The position numbers were made by a program, and so were the translations under genes. The notes beneath the pieces were generated by a model. The model saw only the letters and a list, made by a program, of their open reading frames with translations. It ran no database searches and was not told the origin of the DNA. A stretch of 63,492 nt of DNA, counting the filler, from Elsinoe ampelina (Eukaryota), in the NCBI GenBank assembly GCA_010093995.1. It is 3 parts of 3 records of this genome, joined end to end, with 100 filler letters (N's around TTAATTAATTAA, not from the genome) between each part and the next. Parts side by side here need not be neighbours in the genome. Positions count along the whole stretch, not along the records: positions 26,157 to 51,237 come from ML992560.1; positions 51,338 to 63,492 come from ML992570.1; 1 more part is not named here. The stretch is one strand, 5' to 3'. Every line of letters begins with the position of its first letter. Positions within the stretch are counted from its first letter, which is position 1. Below, piece after piece: positions 47,165-58,752 of this stretch.

Positions 47165-50100
47165 ATGCCGGGTCTCGTCCGCAAGCTCCTCATGTAGCAA
47201 TTCCTGAGCCGACCAAGCGTAGCAATATACTGATCTTCACTAGCTGTGCCACAGCCAAAGGTCTTCTTCTTGTCCCTTTGAACTCCTCCCGCCAGCCCTC
47301 GACCTCGCCACCAACTCTGATCGAGTATAATACCCACAACATCTCCCCCTCTCTCACCTCGTCGACCCGCAATGAAGATGGCCTCGAGTCTCACGGTCTC
47401 CTCGGGCTTCTCTCACTCGCTTCACAATCCTATCTTGTCTCGATCACCAAGCGAGAACAAGTCGCCCAGATCCGTGGTCGGCCTATTTACATCGTCACGG
47501 ATGTGACCTTCATTCCACTTTCATCTCAGTCCGATGCGCAGGGAAGCATAGATGCAACACGGAGAACAAAGGCAAACCGCAAGAGCAAGACTAGTGCAGA
47601 TGGAAACGAGAGCGAGACAGATACTGAAACAGACGAAGGCTCGACAGTAGGCACAGAGGATGAGCATGCTTCACTTCCAGAGACCCCAGCAGGTGAAGTG
47701 AGCAGTGCGAAAGGTCTAGGGCCAGCCGCGAAAGGGACAAGTGTTGCCGAAGATGTCATCAAGGACAAAGGCAGATATGGCCGCTTCGCAGAACGGTGGT
47801 TCAGTAGAGCAGGTTGGACAGCGACGGGCCGGGAGAAGCAGGGCATGAGCCGCGAGGACGACACAAGTGCGGAAGAGGACTTGACAAGAGAGCAGAAGAG
47901 GCAGGGTTTGAGTGATCTACCTGATGGTAACACGGACGAAGTGCCGGCAGAGCTTAGGGAGGGTGACACAGCAGTCAAGCAGAAGAAGGAGGAGGAAATA
48001 CAACCGACCGCCGCCGACAAGGCGGTGGAGCAAGTAGAAGAATCCGTATCAGGTGGGATCGTCAAGACTCTGACACCGAGAATACTGCGAACTATGAAGA
48101 TATTCCTCAGCAGCAGGAACTTCTACTTTGCTTACGACCACGATCTGTCGCGCCGACTGGCAACACAAGAGCCGAATAATTCCACGTTACCATTATTCAA
48201 GCGTTTCGATCCTCTCGTAAGCATTCGACTATAACAGAAAGGCTTGGTAGCTGACATGTGGTAGTACTTTTGGAATCAACATCTAATTGAGCCCTTGATC
48301 GAAGCAGGACAGTACGCTTTTGTGCTGCCTGTAATCCAAGGCTTTGTAGGTCAACGGGCTTTCACAGTCGGCAAGACCCCGAAAGGAGAGGATGACAAGA
48401 TTGTGGATGCAGTGGAAGACCCTGGCGAGGTCATCGAGCTCTGGGAGCGAGCTATACCCCGACCTGAATCATCCAATTCCCAAAGTCCCGTCACGGAGAC
48501 GCCCAAGAACGACGACAAGGATGACTCGAAGGATTTCCTGATTACATTGATCTCACGACGCTCGACCCAACGAGCCGGTCTGCGATACTTGCGTAGAGGT
48601 GTCGACGATCAAGGCAACGTTGCTAACAATGTCGAGACGGAGCAGCTACTATCAAGTCCGACTTGGCATGACCAAAACAAGATCTTCTCGCTCGTACAGG
48701 TCCGCGGCTCGATACCTCTCTTCTTCTCGCAGTCTCCTTATAGTTTCAAACCCATCCCAATCACCTACGGATCTGAGGCCACTAACCACCTTGCCTTCAA
48801 CAAGCACTTCAGAAATATGCTGTCTACGTACGGTCGGGTACAAATAGCATCTCTGGTCGACAAGCACGGTACTGAGAAAGCCATTGGATCTCTCTACCAA
48901 GACCATGTTGAAATGACAAATGAAGGGAAGCTACCTTCTCATGGTTTCCCTGGACCAAGCGACTCCACCAGCAAGCCTTTCACTTCGTCCTCCCACAAAG
49001 ACACTAAACCTCTGGCATTTACTTGGTTTGACTTTCACCACGAGTGCCGAGCATTCAACTTTCAGAACGTATCTTACCTCTTGGACGTGCTCGCACCGTC
49101 TCTCAATGCTTACGCCTGGACGGAGAGTCTTTCTTCCCGGCTCCTGAAGACGCAAGCAGGCGTTGTGCGGACAAATTGTATGGACTGTCTCGATCGCACA
49201 AATGTTGTACAGTCAGCCATCGGTGGCCAGGTGCTGACGAATCAACTCTCATCGGAATATGGTCTTTGCATCGACTTGACCTCAGATCCAAAGACGCAAT
49301 GGTTCAATACTTTGTGGGCTGACAACGGAGACGGTATAAGCAAGCAGTATGCAGGGACCGCTGCGCTGAAAGGCGACTACACTCGCACCCGCAAAAGGAC
49401 CTGGACGGGAGCCATCAACGATTTCTCGCACACCCTTGGACGATACTACAACAACATCTTTGGAGACTACTTCCTCCAGACTACGATCGATTTCATGCTC
49501 GGCAACGGCAACGAGAGTATGTGGGAAGAATTCGAGTCGGATCTTATGACCGGCGATTATGCCCTTGACATGAACCGCGTCCGAGAAAGTGCCGTTGAAC
49601 GCTGCGTCAAAGTCGTCCTCGGGCGAAGTGCTTCTCCTTCAGGATCCGCTAGCTCGGTGCAAGAATCTCAAGAGCATCCCGAAAGCAGTGGTCACGATGA
49701 CGAGGATCTTGTGAGCGGCTACACTTTGCATACTCCTGGCGCTAGTAATACGCTCAAGACGCAGCCCTTCGAAGAGTGTGTTCTTCTCCTCACTAACCGT
49801 GCGCTGTATGCGGTACGATTCGATTGGAATACAGAGAAGGTCGGCTCGTATGAGCGAGTGGAGCTAGTCGACGTGACTGGGCTTCGACGTGGTGCCTACG
49901 TCACTTCCACGTTAGGTGCGAAGAATCTGGATGAAGATCGAAATGTAGGGTTTGTTGTAACTTACCGCGAAGGTCGGAGAGGTATCAAAAGAGTGAACAC
50001 AAGGAGCTTGAGCACAGAGGTGAGCAAGGCGACCTTGAGGGAGAAAGATGCAGAGAACGAGAGGGGCAAGGCAGCGGGATCTTCAGCCGGCGAGCAGCCC

Positions 50101-50694
50101 AAAGCAGATACAGAGGAGAGAGACTTTGCTGCTCAGCAACCAAAAGAAGAAGAGGAGATCAAGAAGCAGTCGTCACCGCAGGATTCGCAAGGCGAGGCAG
50201 AAACACGCCTGCTGGCATTCAAGGCTCTCACGCCTCGACAAACGGCAGTAGCATCAGACGCCTCAAGCAGATCGAGTAAAGGCAAACAGAAGACTGGAGC
50301 AGTTCAAGACATGTCGGAGCGTGATATGGTAGCTTTGATCACAGATGAGATTCATCGATTGGTGCGGACAGCAATAGAGAGGGAAGAAGGGGAGCGTATC
50401 GGCGTGAAGAAGCGAGCAACCTTGAAGCTCTCGAGTAGCGTTGGCTCATTGAAAGAAGGTATCGACAAAGCAGTGGACGGCGCCAAAGAAGCTGTCGGGA
50501 CTCCTGCTGGAAATGATGCAGTCAAGGACAGCAGCACAAAAGAGCCCGGCGTAGACAAGCAAGAGGAGGATCAAGGCACCAAGAAGATGTGGGATGTACA
50601 AGATGAACCAATAATTTCTTTGGCTGAGGCTAGGAGGAGTACGGGCTACTTGGAAAGCATTGGATATTCATTGAGGAGGCTCGTTTGGGCATAA
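47165..50694 (+). CDS. SAC-domain phosphoinositide phosphatase with hSac2-like C-terminal domain
   Basis: MPGLVRKLL start; introns ~47194-47243 and 48217-48264; ISRRSTQRAGLRYLRRG, VRGSIPLFF, catalytic RTNCMDCLDRTN, LWADNGD. Confidence 0.92.
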
Positions 50695-50871
50695 GCACCT
50701 GCATGCATGGAACTGCACAATCACAGATACATACATGAATCATGACAGAATGGCATGCAATCAATACTTCTACGGCACAACAATTTTCTTCAGATGTGCA
50801 AGTCGTGATAAATCAAGAATCCTATTGCTGTTCATGAGGCAGGTATGTTCGCTCACGTGACGTGCCGTGAT

Positions 50872-51237
50872 TGTCAACCTCGGCAAGAGCTGTGGTGCCA
50901 AGAAGGACCCTGATTCAGTGCAACCAAGGTTGAACTGAGCACTCATCAACAGTTACACCAGTTCATGATCAATTTAGACGGTTATTGTCTTATTCTGTTA
51001 CTATCAAGGAGTTCTTCTAATTTAGCTATCTCTCAGTTCATCAGGTTAAGTATATATGTAGTTATAATCCACCTAATTTGGGTGGATTAGGCAGTAATTA
51101 ATCTCTTTCTCTCCCTATACAAGTTAACAGTTATAAGCCCGGTATAACTACCCCTGCACAAGTAGAGTATTCAGTTGTCTTCCTATTCTATCTATTGGTT
51201 TATTCTCTATCATCTCGCTTTTCAAGCACCAGAATCT
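50872..51237 (+). mobile_element. Copia-type LTR retrotransposon 5' end: 258-bp LTR (50872-51129) plus primer-binding site
   Basis: TGTCAACC...GTTAACA is the reverse-complement homolog of 25711-25970. It is followed by GTTATAAGCCC, a RIPed form of the Copia GGTTATG(G/A)GCCC half-tRNAiMet PBS. Confidence 0.85.
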
Positions 51238-51337
51238 NNNNNNNNNNNNNNNNNNNNNNNNNNNNNNNNNNNNNNNNNNNNTTAATTAATTAANNNNNNN
51301 NNNNNNNNNNNNNNNNNNNNNNNNNNNNNNNNNNNNN
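51238..51337. other. Artificial assembly spacer N44-TTAATTAATTAA-N44
   Basis: Same linker as 26057-26156. Confidence 0.97.
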
Positions 51338-51376
51338 GAGCGCTATAAAGAGCGCTATAAAGAGCGCTATAAAGAG
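51338..51376. repeat. 12-bp tandem repeat GAGCGCTATAAA x3+ at contig edge
   Basis: Units at 51338, 51350, 51362. Confidence 0.9.
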
Positions 51377-52751
51377 TACTAACTATAACTACGAAGAAGA
51401 GCTAATATCTTAAGCTAGCTACGTTTAATACTATCTAACCGAGACTCTAAGGCTATAAGGCGTAAAGCCTTAGCCGGAGGTATACCTCTAGCTAGCTAAG
51501 TAATTAAGTCTACTAACTGGATTATAGACTATATAGTTAAGGACGCTAGAATAGGCCGATTTTGCTACTAAACTATCTACTCTACTATTACTATTATTGC
51601 TAATCGAACTTAAGCAGATCTTATACTTAACTACGAGGCTTAACTAGCATTTACTCTACCGAGTATAGTCTCCCTTATACGCTTTATAGTAGTAGCACGT
51701 TTACGCTTCTAGCGTACCTTATTAGCTATCGCTTACTTAGCGTCTATTTTTAGCTTCTAGTACTTATTAATAAAGTAGTTAAGAAGTATAGTATAGTCGG
51801 TTTTACGCTCTATACTAGAGTAGTTATATAAGATAGTAGAGCGCTAGATTAAGCACTAAGTATAGATAGGCTCTAGTATATAATAGAGGTTCTTATACTA
51901 ACGACTATAGTTACTAAACTAAGTATTATAAAGTAGCTAGTTAAATCGATAAAGAGTTACGCCTCTTAGTTTATAACTAATTAATAGAGCAACCTTAAGC
52001 AACTCCTTACGTTGCTTCTCTAGCTACTACCTTATCTTAGTCTTAGCCTTAGCCTCTCTCTTCTTCTCCTCTACCTTTTCCTTTACTACCTCTAGCTACT
52101 TAATATTCTCCTTAGCCTCTTCCGTAGCTTTAACCTTATAAGCCTCTACTACTAGTAAAGGTTATAAAATTTATAAAGGCTATAAGAATTAAGTAGCTCC
52201 TCTACCTTAGCCTCTTTCTTAGCTATAAGTACCTCGAGTATACTCTCTTCTACCTCCTCTTCTTCTACAAACTAGCTCTTAGCTAGTAGCTAGTAACGCT
52301 AGCGGAGTTGCTTATCGCTAGTACTAGTGTTAGAAGGCTTATATAAACTAGATAAGGGCCTCTAGCAAGAGGCTTACTACTAGAGGCTATAATAGTTAAG
52401 GGGGGAGAGAGAGTTAAGGAGTTAGCTAAGGAGGTACTTAAGGAGGTAGTATAATTAGATAATAAGGTAATCTATAAGAGCTTAGAGGTTAATTTATCTT
52501 AAAGGCCTTAAAGGGTAATAGATAGAGGTATACTATACTACTAAGCTTAAGGTTAAGTACCTTGTCTATTTGTACTAACACGGCAATTTAGACGAGCAAA
52601 ACTCAACTAAAGCACCCTCTTAGTTAACTAATGGAGTGCTTTAGTCGGCTAATTTATCTGTTATAGTTCACGCTAAAAGCTTGTTAAATTGGCCTATCTC
52701 CACTAAGATCGACAAACTGAAAGGCGGTGAGGAGTCAGCTAAAACCGCCTA
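51338..52751. mobile_element. RIP-mutated DNA transposon relic, probably Harbinger-related
   Basis: TpA-rich; a Glu/Lys-rich coding relic on the minus strand at ~52030-52270; ends in CAAACTGAA..GCTAAAACCGCCTA, matching the end of the Harbinger element at 28387-28414. Confidence 0.65.
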
Positions 52752-54009
52752 TTAAGAACAGATTATAGTAAAATAAGCTTTTACCTTAGGCAAGGTCATA
52801 TTTTACCTTCGCCGAAGTTGCTCCGCCTCAGCCGAGCTGGAAATTCACCTCACGCGAGTTGCGCCCTCCAAGGATTCCGGCGGGGTGCATGAATAAAGTA
52901 AAGTCTATCTCACTGCTAAATGTTCCTGTAACCTCTGCGGGGGCGGGGATAGAGTTGCTGGACCTGCGTACGGAAAACAAATTGCTTGGTCATTTGGAAA
53001 GGTCTCTTGCCTGTTTGGTATCGGACGGCGCCAGGCACGGTGGAGCTAAATTTCGATCGCGGGGTGATGGCGCGATGGGTACGTGTACCGTGTATTGGCC
53101 GGAGGTTGTTTACGAGTCCTGGGAGATGCGCGTGTGACTGCTCGCTAGACAAAAGTACGTGCTCGCATACGAGATCTTCCGAGGAAATGATCAAGACATA
53201 TCAACGTTGATGGGATGTGGGGGCGGGGGATCAGCAAACCAGATGGAGAAAATAACTTCACTAGGATTGCTGCCGGTCACCAATTTCCAAAAAGAACAAG
53301 TGCCTGTGACCCAGACCAAGGTGTCTGTACCATGAGTACAGCAGACATTAGTTCGAGGCGGAATGCTGAATCCCAATCCCAAGATTCACAAAGCAGTTTC
53401 GTCTTCGCTATCAAATACGTCGGATGTCGACAGGTATTGCCTAAGTAGACAGTGATTATCGAGTCGTCCTGTTGACAGGTCGTAGGCCCACGTGGCGGGC
53501 AACAATTTTCATGGCGCTAGCGTGTAGAGCTCAACCGTATATAGCTCAGGATTAGGTTGTCTGTCCCTGTCCAGCTTCTCAGAAGACGTCGCCATGCGAT
53601 CAAGATCGCCACGATGCTTGCTAGTGGCAGCATGGTCTTCGATATCGGGCCGTCCTCTCAGGTGTCGAGCATTGGGAACTGCTTAAAGTAATCAAATAAC
53701 TTCCACAGGATCGATCCCAAGATTCTCAAGGTAGACTGGCGCAGAATGATTGCTTGCTGATGGAGACAAAGATGTGAGGTTTTGGTCAAGCTTTCCATGT
53801 GGATACCAATTCTTGGCGCCGCGGATCTTTGTGAGAGCGCGTTTGCAGAGAGCTTCGACGTGATTATCCTTGAGCTCTCACACTTTCGTCATCGCGGTGG
53901 TCGCTACATTTCAGCTGCTCGCGATGGCTTCTTGGTGTTACCGCTAATCTAGAGAGCTTCATATCGACAGCCAAAATCGCTCACATCTCGTCAGCGCAAA
54001 GCTGTAATC

Positions 54010-57000
54010 ATGTTCCAAGTACCATCAACACCGGACTCACGACGGAATGATAACGATTTCCCTTCTACCACTCCTGCTGGACCTCCCCCGACTAGCTTCA
54101 CCCATCAGTCCTTCACTCCTGCAGGACAGCCACCTTCTTCGGTACTTGGAAGCTCATACGGAGCCGGCAAGGAATTCAATGGCAAATCAACCTTCTCTTT
54201 CTCACAATATCTGAAGAGTCCGTCCAACGATGCACCGGCTGTACCAAACCGCGTCCCTTCAAACGGATTCAATGTGCCCAGCAGTAGCCCACCGCGGCGG
54301 TCGGACAATGACTTCACCAGTGAAGCTGCGCAAATCCTTGCTGGCTTTGGAGGTGGTCTGAAGGACAACATCAACTTCGGCGCGAGCAACGCTGATGACA
54401 TGCTGGACTTTGGCGCGTCACCTAGGGGAGCTAAGAGATCAAGGAACGGCGATGTAATGGCACAATCAATGCGCTCGTCGCGAATGCTGGCCAGAGGGTT
54501 TGATAGAGATCCAACGACGCCAAAGGTTGCGAACGGACTTGCTGCTGGTCTTCCTCAACCCAGCTCGATAGAAGAGAAGGATGAAGTCGTGTTACAAACA
54601 GAGGAGATACTGGAAACGCTTGACTTGGCCGTCAAGTCGAAATCCAACGAGGAGCTAGAATCGATTCTGCAGCAGTCGGTGATACGGTTACAACAGGAAT
54701 GGTCGAAGCACAAGTCTCACGAGTCGATAAGTTCAAGCATCGGACCAGTAGACGCATCAAATTTTTCACGCGCCGCGTACATTGCGACACTGCTGTTCCA
54801 GCTCCATGCACCCACTTCCCTGAACTCATCGACAAATTCAGCGGGGTCAAAAGCGTTCACATCCCTCGTTCGCGCGCCGAGCACTGTTCCATACCCTTCA
54901 GCCTTACTATTATGGTTGAACAAGAACCACAATCCCTTTCCGGAGGACCTGTCAGAGGTTCAGAATGCTCGACCCACACCATGTGCACATGAACGGTTCT
55001 GGGATACCATCTTCCAAACGCTGCTTCGCGGACACATATCGACTGTCATCAAGATGCTGTCAACAACCAATTGGGGTCATGCGGACTGCGCACTTGAAGA
55101 TGGCTATGAGGAGCCTGGCTACACAGGATCGCAGCTGGAGGCTGTCCAGCACGTTGTGTCAGACTGTGTCGGGCTCTTAAACACCTGCCCGGCCCTGACT
55201 GATGATGACTGGGAGGTCACTGGCACGAGCTGGGTGCTCTTCCGGACCCGCGCTCGTCGTGCGCTCGAAGATCTGGAAGACTATGCAGAGTCGGAGAATG
55301 CGGACAGGGACTATGGGGGGACCAATGTCTTCTCAGCTTCAAAATCATTCGCAGCTGGAAGCAGGAGGGCAGAGTCTCGCGTACCGTGGACCGTCTACGA
55401 GCAGCTCAAGGCCATCTATGGTCAACTGCTTGGCTACAAGGAGGAAATTCTACTTTCAGCGCAAGACTGGTTGGAAGCTGTCATTTACCTCGCTGTATGG
55501 TGGGATGGGGAAGACGAGCAGAACTTGGGTGCTAGCCGCCGTGGTGGCGGTCGAGGACAACGGGAACGACTTGTTGATGTTGAGCCCGGTCTTGCCTACC
55601 GACGGAGGCTGTTAGGTGCATTTGCCGCAGTAACAGATTCTCCTGAAGATGCAGTTCTCGGCGTTAACACCGTCGATCCTCTGCAAGTCGCCATAGGAGC
55701 CGTGTTCGAGGGCGAAATCGAGAGCGTTCTGAAGATTGTCATGAGATTGAGTCCTCTGGTCGCGGCTTCGATCGTCGATGTTGCAAGTGTTGGCGGATGG
55801 CTACCAGACTCAAGACCTCGGACTGGCGATGTCATGGATGGGTTCGATGCGGAAGATCTGATGGTGCTCTCACACGGCAATCTGGCCAAACCTACATCCA
55901 CTCTTGATCGCGACAGCATTCTTACCACATTCTCATCACTTCTAGCCAGTAAGCAGACTTTACATTCACCGGCACAAGACATCGAGGGCTGGGTTTTGTC
56001 TGTACGTGTGCTTTCTCGCTTGGACAGCGCCACAAAAGCACAAGACGAGATATCACGATTGTTCTCCACACTCCCTCTCGACTCGGCCACACAAGTTGAT
56101 AAAGCTCTATCCGTCTGCGCTTCTCTTGGGCTGGATGCACAAGTTCGCGCCATATCTGCTCGGTATGCCGCAAAGCTTAGCCAAGGAGGTCAGAGCTACG
56201 GCGAGGCGCTGCTGTACTACGCCCGAGCCCACGATGAGAAGGAGCTACAGGCTACCCTGGACGTGCTGCTCGCCACTTCATTGGTCGGCTCGTCGGCTTG
56301 GCCCGCTCGTGGTGAAATGGACCCCAAGCTTGAAGAGCTTGTGGGAGACCAGGTTCGGGCTGTCGGAAGGCTAGCAGGCGTGGACCGCGAGGCAGGTAGA
56401 TTGCTAGCGTCGGGATTAAGCGGCTATGCCAGTCTGCGGCGCTTCTATGATCTGAGAGATGAGGACGTTGAGGACGACGGAGATGAAAATATGGGAGATG
56501 CCGAAGACGCCAGTGTACTCGTTGCAAAGAAGAAGAGCGGCCTCAAGCCTAAAGAACGGAAGAAGGAAATGGTCAGATCCATCGTCGCGCTCGTCGACAG
56601 CGCCGCCATGAGTATCAGAGGCGGTCTCTACGATGCCGAAGCTCGAGGTGTTGTACAAGTCGACGCACTCATCGCGCTTCTGGGGGAAGCACTGGGCCTT
56701 CTCCACCGTAAGCGGCATCCCAACGTCACACAAACACAATTACTAACCCTCGCAGAACCCCAAACCACCTTCTCCAAACGCCAACTCATGACCCTCCTCC
56801 GCGCCATCGAAGACCTCCAAACCGTCTCATCCCGCATCTACGACCAAGCCGACTCCCTCTTCAAAGCCTGCATGGGCGCCTACTCTGGCGCGCTCGCCAC
56901 AAGCCAACAGGATCTCGCCAAGTCGATTTCGCTGCAGAAGAGCACGTCGAATTTGTCGACCAGCACGTATGGGATGGTGAATAGTCGGGGCAGTATTGAG

Positions 57001-57177
57001 TCAGAGAAGACGGGGACGAGGGAGACGATCGGTGAGGATAAGGTCAAAAGGGCGTGGGATTGGAGGAGGGGCGTGGCCATGAGTGTGGGCGCCAAGTATA
57101 CGGGCCAGGATGTACTGAGGATACTGAGAGTGGGGATTGCGAAGGAGGTGGGTAGGGAATGGGTTGAGGGGAGGTGA
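54010..57177 (+). CDS. NUP85: Nucleoporin Nup85-like protein
   Basis: FWDTIFQTLLRG, WVLFRTRA, DWLEAVIYLAVWWDG, YGEALLYYARA and RAWDWRRG are typical of fungal Nup85. In-frame 48-nt intron at 56708-56755. Confidence 0.8.
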   Translation: MFQVPSTPDSRRNDNDFPSTTPAGPPPTSFTHQSFTPAGQPPSSVLGSSYGAGKEFNGKSTFSFSQYLKSPSNDAPAVPNRVPSNGFNVPSSSPPRRSDNDFTSEAAQILAGFGGGLKDNINFGASNADDMLDFGASPRGAKRSRNGDVMAQSMRSSRMLARGFDRDPTTPKVANGLAAGLPQPSSIEEKDEVVLQTEEILETLDLAVKSKSNEELESILQQSVIRLQQEWSKHKSHESISSSIGPVDASNFSRAAYIATLLFQLHAPTSLNSSTNSAGSKAFTSLVRAPSTVPYPSALLLWLNKNHNPFPEDLSEVQNARPTPCAHERFWDTIFQTLLRGHISTVIKMLSTTNWGHADCALEDGYEEPGYTGSQLEAVQHVVSDCVGLLNTCPALTDDDWEVTGTSWVLFRTRARRALEDLEDYAESENADRDYGGTNVFSASKSFAAGSRRAESRVPWTVYEQLKAIYGQLLGYKEEILLSAQDWLEAVIYLAVWWDGEDEQNLGASRRGGGRGQRERLVDVEPGLAYRRRLLGAFAAVTDSPEDAVLGVNTVDPLQVAIGAVFEGEIESVLKIVMRLSPLVAASIVDVASVGGWLPDSRPRTGDVMDGFDAEDLMVLSHGNLAKPTSTLDRDSILTTFSSLLASKQTLHSPAQDIEGWVLSVRVLSRLDSATKAQDEISRLFSTLPLDSATQVDKALSVCASLGLDAQVRAISARYAAKLSQGGQSYGEALLYYARAHDEKELQATLDVLLATSLVGSSAWPARGEMDPKLEELVGDQVRAVGRLAGVDREAGRLLASGLSGYASLRRFYDLRDEDVEDDGDENMGDAEDASVLVAKKKSGLKPKERKKEMVRSIVALVDSAAMSIRGGLYDAEARGVVQVDALIALLGEALGLLHRKRHPNVTQTQLLTLAEPQTTFSKRQLMTLLRAIEDLQTVSSRIYDQADSLFKACMGAYSGALATSQQDLAKSISLQKSTSNLSTSTYGMVNSRGSIESEKTGTRETIGEDKVKRAWDWRRGVAMSVGAKYTGQDVLRILRVGIAKEVGREWVEGR

Positions 57178-57496
57178 TATAATAGCTTGGGAAGCTTGAT
57201 CAAATAGTGAATTTGGTCGGATGACAACGGCGCAGACGTCTGGTAGCACAGATGAGAGGCCGATTGAGTATTCATGCCAATATCTGCTGTGACATACCTG
57301 CAGGTGACAAATGACATGTCACTGAGATGGAAGAGACTGGAAAGAATGAGCACAATGAGAGTCTAAAGCACTGATGTGTGGCGAACGGTCACCAAGACTG
57401 AAGCCGTTCGAGGTTAGCAAGCCTACTACTCACAATACAGTCACTATCATAATGACCACGCACCAAAGTCAACGAATCCCATACATTGGCAAGCTA

Positions 57497-58165
57497 CTAC
57501 GGAATCGTCGCCACCCCGGCATGCTTGGTCCTTATATGCCGGTTCAGATTGTCCTTCCTCGGACACAGTGACCCGCCTCCCTGGGCAAACCTGCATCCAG
57601 CGACCGGACAGTAGTACAATGTCGTCGATGTTGTCGTGCGGGGATGCACAGATCGGATGTGGCGACGAAGGTCTGCTTTGAGCGACGCTGCGAAGGTGCA
57701 GTCGTCGTTGTTGCATTTGAAAGGGCGGGTGTGGGTGTTGATGTGCTTGCTTGAAATGGTCAGGGTGAGCTCGGAGTGTCTGGATAAGGAAACATACTTG
57801 AGGAGGTACCGTTTTGGGAACGTCTGAGGGCATTTATCGCAGTGGAAGGCTGGTAGGGTAGTGGCTGTTGCGTGGGGCGAGAGCTCGTTGTTGTTGGCCG
57901 GTGGATTTGTTTGGTCAGGTAAGGAGCGTTGTGGCTGCTGTTGAGCACTTGTTTGTGTTGCATATGGTGCGTGACACGGCTGTTGGGCGTCGTTGGTATC
58001 CTCTGGTCCAGCAGAAGAGTTGCTTGATTCTTGTACACTCCAATCGTAAGGCGGCAAGGGCCCGTCAGGTCCGGACAACCAGTTCGGATTAACTGTCAGA
58101 AAAGACTTGAAAGGTGATGGTGATGATGATCTAAGATCTGCTTTACGTCCGGTTGATGCCGACAA
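57497..58165 (-). CDS. C2H2 zinc-finger protein, three fingers (start uncertain)
   Basis: CDKC..KH..H (intron 57750-57797), RPFKCNNDDC..LRRHIRSVH, YCPVAGC..RKDNLNRHIRTKH. Confidence 0.8.
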   Translation of the reverse strand: MSASTGRKADLRSSSPSPFKSFLTVNPNWLSGPDGPLPPYDWSVQESSNSSAGPEDTNDAQQPCHAPYATQTSAQQQPQRSLPDQTNPPANNNELSPHATATTLPAFHCDKCPQTFPKRYLLKYVSLSRHSELTLTISSKHINTHTRPFKCNNDDCTFAASLKADLRRHIRSVHPRTTTSTTLYYCPVAGCRFAQGGGSLCPRKDNLNRHIRTKHAGVATIP

Positions 58166-58752
58166 AGACTGACTAGAGATGGACGAGACCTTGTTTGGAC
58201 GCGAGTGTGAACAAAATGCGACTGGTCAAAGGGTTCACAGCGACTAAAAGTTGCAACAGCCGAAGCAAAAGAAACAACACAAATGAGAAATGAGTGGACG
58301 GAGTCGCACCACAAAAACGACTGGAGAAAAGAAAGGCAAGATTCGACGGAGGGGAAGTGGCGTATATACTGTAGAGTTGCTCTGGCTCTGTCGTCACCGC
58401 ATCGGCTTGGCAAATTGTATGCCTCCAAACGCTAGGACTTGTGAAGGGTCCTGGTGCCGCGACTGCTTGCTTCGATCCCTGCAAACGATCTGGCGCAATG
58501 CAACAGACGATTCACACTACAGATGTAGCTAGCGTTGTGAGGCATACCATCCACTATCGTCTCGGAACTACCACCCTCGGGTCGCTCGTGCAATTCCCAG
58601 CAGAGTGCAAGGGACATGCGAGGCATGATCTTGGTGCGGGCCAGTATGCAAGCAGAGGTATAAAGGCAGCCGAAACGTCTTAGGAAATACCTTTGTCTGA
58701 TCACTCTTGTCTAGCTTCGACAATTAACTTCAGACGTTAGCACTTGATCACA

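Noticed and set aside
25711..51129. Inverted 260-bp repeats as the TIRs of a 25-kb giant mobile element
   Set aside because: They are TG..CA LTRs with their own PPT and PBS, flanks show no shared target duplication, the enclosed genes are housekeeping, and an assembly gap lies between them.
52860..53900. Short ORFs between the repeat island and NUP85
   Set aside because: No family could be recognised; a gene relic cannot be excluded but is unsupported.
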